9,683 nt of DNA from a virus (taxonomy: Duplodnaviria > Heunggongvirae > Uroviricota > Caudoviricetes), in the IMG/VR virus record IMGVR_UViG_2531839374_000010, positions 1-9,683 of that record; one strand, written 5' to 3'. Below are positions 6,629 to 9,683 of the stretch, piece after piece. The position numbers were made by a program, and so were the translations under genes. Position 1 is the first letter of the stretch. Each line of letters begins with the position of its first letter. The notes beneath the pieces are model-generated. The model worked only from the letters and a program-made list of their open reading frames with translations, made no database searches and was not told where the DNA came from.

Positions 6629-6644
6629 AAATTGTTAAAGAGCG
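6629..6644 (-). promoter_or_regulatory. boxA-type antitermination element (minus strand CGCTCTTTAACAATTT)
   Basis: Contains the lambdoid boxA core CGCTCTT(T)A and, as remembered, matches the E. coli rrn leader boxA GCTCTTTAACAATTT over 15 nt. It lies in the leader between the putative pL and the cargo ORF, on the transcribed strand. Confidence 0.5.
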
Positions 6645-6744
6645 AAGCGTCCTATGGGCGTTTTGTTGCTAACGAATCATCTTGGACTTCATATGCCCCA
6701 GGCGGCTACTTCGTGGGCATCCTGCCTGTTTGTTGTTTCGTTTT

Positions 6745-6794
6745 GGTACATTGTGTGTCCATGGGGTACATTGTGTGTCCATGGGGTACATTGT
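6745..6794. repeat. tandem direct repeat, 2.5 copies of the 20-bp unit GGTACATTGTGTGTCCATGG
   Basis: Perfect copies at 6745-6764 and 6765-6784, with a partial third at 6785-6794. Each unit carries the GGTACA half-site found in the cI/cro operators. Confidence 0.9.
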
Positions 6795-6797
6795 CAA
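6770..6797 (-). promoter_or_regulatory. candidate leftward early promoter (pL-like): -35 TTGACA (6797..6792), 16-nt spacer, -10 CACAAT (6775..6770), embedded in the tandem repeats
   Basis: Perfect consensus -35 read on the minus strand just downstream of the cI terminator, overlapped by operator-like repeats. The -10 is a 4/6 match. Confidence 0.35.
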
Positions 6798-6799
6798 GT

Positions 6800-6824
6800 A
6801 TAAAAAAACCTGCCGAAGCAGGTT
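6800..6824 (-). terminator. intrinsic terminator of the repressor gene (stem AACCTGC / GCAGGTT, UUCG tetraloop, U-tract)
   Basis: On the minus strand: AACCUGC-UUCG-GCAGGUU followed by UUUUUAUAC, starting 13 nt after the cI stop codon. Confidence 0.7.
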
Positions 6825-6836
6825 CATAAATATTGA

Positions 6837-7511
6837 TTAGGCCTTTATTTTGTATCTTCTTGGTTTTCCCGAGAAAATCACAGTGCCAATTATAGAGCAA
6901 TTACCGTTAATCTTAATGTAGGGCTCAGGCCAGTTTGGGTGTAATGCTTTGAGATAACGCTGTGTTCCATCTTCTATCAATCGCTTGAAGGTGGTTTCGC
7001 CTGTATCGTGCATCAACGCAATAACGTCGTCACCGTGGCAAGCAGGGACTTCAGGATCAACAAAAATCATGTCTCCCGGACGGTACTCATCAATCATTGA
7101 ATCACCAATCACCCGCAAGATATAAGTCATTTCGCCACAGGGTACAGGGCAGGGATAAGTTTCTGCTGTGCTCAAATCAACCTCAGAATAGCCAACTTCT
7201 TTCCATGCTCCGGCCTGTACCCATGATATGACAGGGACTAACGTTATTTGTTTGTTAGTGATTGAAACATCAGGTTTTTTTGTGATGTTCGTTGTCTGGT
7301 GTTCTTGATCGAGCCATCCGATAGGCAGGTCGAAACATTTTTCAATGTGTCGTGCCATGCTGTCACCGATATTTTTAGTAGCACCATCTCCCATAAACCT
7401 GCTGGTCTGGGTTGGCTCGCGATCAATCATAGTGGCAAAGGAAGAATTCCCGCCAACACCATCTCTCAGTTTTCTGGCGTTAGACCGCCGGATGTCATGG
7501 ATTGTTTTCAT
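6837..7511 (-). CDS. CI-like prophage repressor: N-terminal HTH plus C-terminal LexA-type S24 peptidase domain, 224 aa
   Basis: GDSM serine motif and downstream Lys (FKRL) in the C-terminal half; candidate Ala-Gly autocleavage site (…VQAGAW…, about residues 100-101). It is divergent from the cro-like gene across an operator region. Confidence 0.85.
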   Translation of the reverse strand: MKTIHDIRRSNARKLRDGVGGNSSFATMIDREPTQTSRFMGDGATKNIGDSMARHIEKCFDLPIGWLDQEHQTTNITKKPDVSITNKQITLVPVISWVQAGAWKEVGYSEVDLSTAETYPCPVPCGEMTYILRVIGDSMIDEYRPGDMIFVDPEVPACHGDDVIALMHDTGETTFKRLIEDGTQRYLKALHPNWPEPYIKINGNCSIIGTVIFSGKPRRYKIKA

Positions 7512-7526
7512 AACGAAATTAAAACC

Positions 7527-7595
7527 CTTGTACCGCTAAGGTACAAGTATCTTGAAGGTTCATTTCAATCATGTGATGTGTACACTGGAGGTACA
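7527..7595. promoter_or_regulatory. right operator region between cI and cro: O1 CTTGTACC-GCTAA-GGTACAAG (7527-7547) and O2 TGTACA-CTGGA-GGTACA (7579-7595)
   Basis: Two palindromes with the same TGTAC(C/A)-N5-GGTACA architecture in the 90-bp divergent intergenic region. O1 is perfect over 8-bp arms. Confidence 0.6.
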
Positions 7596-7601
7596 TATTG
7601 T

Positions 7602-7802
7602 ATGAAAGCGTATTGGGACTCTTTAACCAAAGAACAGCAGGGTGAGTTGGCCGGAAAAGTTGGCTCAACACAAGGCTACTTACGGCTGGTTTTCAATGGC
7701 TATAAAAAAGCCAGTTTTGTGCTGGCTAAAAAACTTGAGCAATGCACGTCAGGTGCAATTACGAAATCTGACTTAAGACCGGATATCTATCCGAAAGATT
7801 AG
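7602..7802 (+). CDS. Cro-like small HTH regulator (YdaS-family-like), 66 aa
   Basis: ATG at 7602 with GGAGGT 9 nt upstream. MKAYWDSLTKEQQGELAGKVGSTQGYLRLVFNGYKKASFVLAKKLEQCTSGAITKSDLRPDIYPKD; the C-terminal ...LRPDI motif is recalled from Rac prophage YdaS. The 167-aa track ORF 7299..7802 is an upstream over-extension. Confidence 0.75.
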   Translation: MKAYWDSLTKEQQGELAGKVGSTQGYLRLVFNGYKKASFVLAKKLEQCTSGAITKSDLRPDIYPKD

Positions 7803-7833
7803 CAGAACACTTTCAATTTTTAACCACAGAACG

Positions 7834-8403
7834 ATGAGGCTAATCGTGGGTAAGCATCACTGGAAAATAGAAAAACAGCCTGAGTGGTACGTGAAAGCTG
7901 TCAGAAAAACTATCGCAAAGTTGCCGGGTGGTTACGCTGAAGCGGCTGACTGGCTCGATGTAACAGAAAACGCTTTATTCAACCGCCTTCGTGCAGATGG
8001 CGATCAGATTTTCCCGCTGGGATGGGCAATGGTTTTACAGCGTGCTGGTGGCACTCACTTCATTGCTGATGCTGTGGCGCAGTCTGCAAATGGCGTCTTT
8101 GTGTCTCTTCCTGACATCGAGGATGTGGACAACGCCGATATTAACCAGCGTCTGCTGGAAGTCATTGAACAGATCGGCAGTTATTCAAAACAGATTCGTT
8201 CAGCAATCGAAGACGGTGTAGTGGAACCGCATGAGAAGACAGCAATTAACGACGAGCTGTATCTCTCAATTTCGAAGCTGCAGGAGCATGCAGCACTTGT
8301 CTACAAAATTTTTTGCATTTCAGAAAGTAATGACGCCCGCGAGTGTGCAGCTCCGGGCGTCGTGGCGTCGATTGCTTCTGGTTGTGGAGAAACTAACGCA
8401 TGA
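7834..8403 (+). CDS. prophage regulatory protein following cro (YdaT/CII-like, putative), 189 aa
   Basis: Third gene of the cI-cro-cII arrangement. The start is ambiguous (ATG 7834 with a weak ribosome-binding site, or GTG 7846 with GAGG 6 nt upstream). The functional call is positional and from a weak remembered resemblance. Confidence 0.5.
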   Translation: MRLIVGKHHWKIEKQPEWYVKAVRKTIAKLPGGYAEAADWLDVTENALFNRLRADGDQIFPLGWAMVLQRAGGTHFIADAVAQSANGVFVSLPDIEDVDNADINQRLLEVIEQIGSYSKQIRSAIEDGVVEPHEKTAINDELYLSISKLQEHAALVYKIFCISESNDARECAAPGVVASIASGCGETNA

Positions 8404-8442
8404 ACAGTTTAACAACACACTACCGTCGCTCGCAACTGATTG
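8400..8442 (+). pseudogene. 5' stub (14 codons, MNSLTTHYRRSQLI) of the next prophage gene, truncated by IS911
   Basis: ATG at 8400 overlaps the upstream stop (ATGA) and has GGAGA 9 nt upstream. The frame runs straight into the IS911 left end at 8443. Confidence 0.4.
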
Positions 8443-8514
8443 TGAAGTGGCACACTGAATTTGGCCACCTGAACAGAGGTGATATGCTCACCTCAGAACA
8501 ACACAGGTGCTCCA

Positions 8515-9683
<1,169 letters not shown>

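Noticed and set aside
6745-6794. Tandem repeats as a CRISPR array
   Set aside because: The units are contiguous with no spacers, there are only 2.5 copies, and no cas genes are present.
6611-6900. Track ORFs 6611..6829 (plus, TTG start) and 6706..6900 (minus)
   Set aside because: The first runs through the tandem repeats and the repressor terminator with no convincing ribosome-binding site. The second begins inside the repressor gene in another frame. Both are better explained as regulatory DNA.
7244-7601. Track ORFs 7244..7426 (minus), 7345..7539 (plus) and the upstream part of 7299..7802
   Set aside because: They overlap the repressor gene in other frames or antisense. The real cro-like gene starts at ATG 7602 with a strong ribosome-binding site.
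7991-8458. Track ORFs 7991..8221 and 8231..8458 (plus)
   Set aside because: Alternative frames inside the cII-like gene. Only the last part of 8231..8458 is real, as the ATG-8400 stub that runs into IS911.
8479-8514. N-terminal extension of IS911 orfA ([12 protein letters not shown]...)
   Set aside because: The extension starts inside the left inverted repeat. Canonical OrfA begins at MKKRNF (8515).

Overview
This window reads as an enterobacterial (E. coli/Shigella-type) chromosome at the proA-thrW junction, carrying the left arm of a decayed lambdoid prophage integrated at thrW. Complete proA (1..1254) and tRNA-Thr(CGU) thrW (1369..1444) are followed by a P22-type tyrosine integrase, split by a 1-nt frame change in an A6G3 tract, and an excisionase. 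Next comes a leftward early operon (HD-domain phosphohydrolase, a 120-aa protein, and a ~102-aa protein split by an IS600-like insertion with an intact ATA target duplication). An AT-rich cargo segment of about 0.9 kb then carries a membrane-anchored 199-codon reading frame interrupted by a single in-frame TAA, in the position lambda uses for rexAB/sieB. The immunity region follows (S24-peptidase cI-like repressor with a strong terminator, two 17-bp palindromic operators, YdaS-like Cro, YdaT/CII-like protein) and is cut off by an IS911 copy that runs to the window edge. The most interesting candidate is the AT-rich cargo ORF and its leader, which contains an rrn-type boxA and tandem 20-bp repeats overlapping a consensus -35. 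All family assignments are from reading the ORF translations and from memory; no database search was run.
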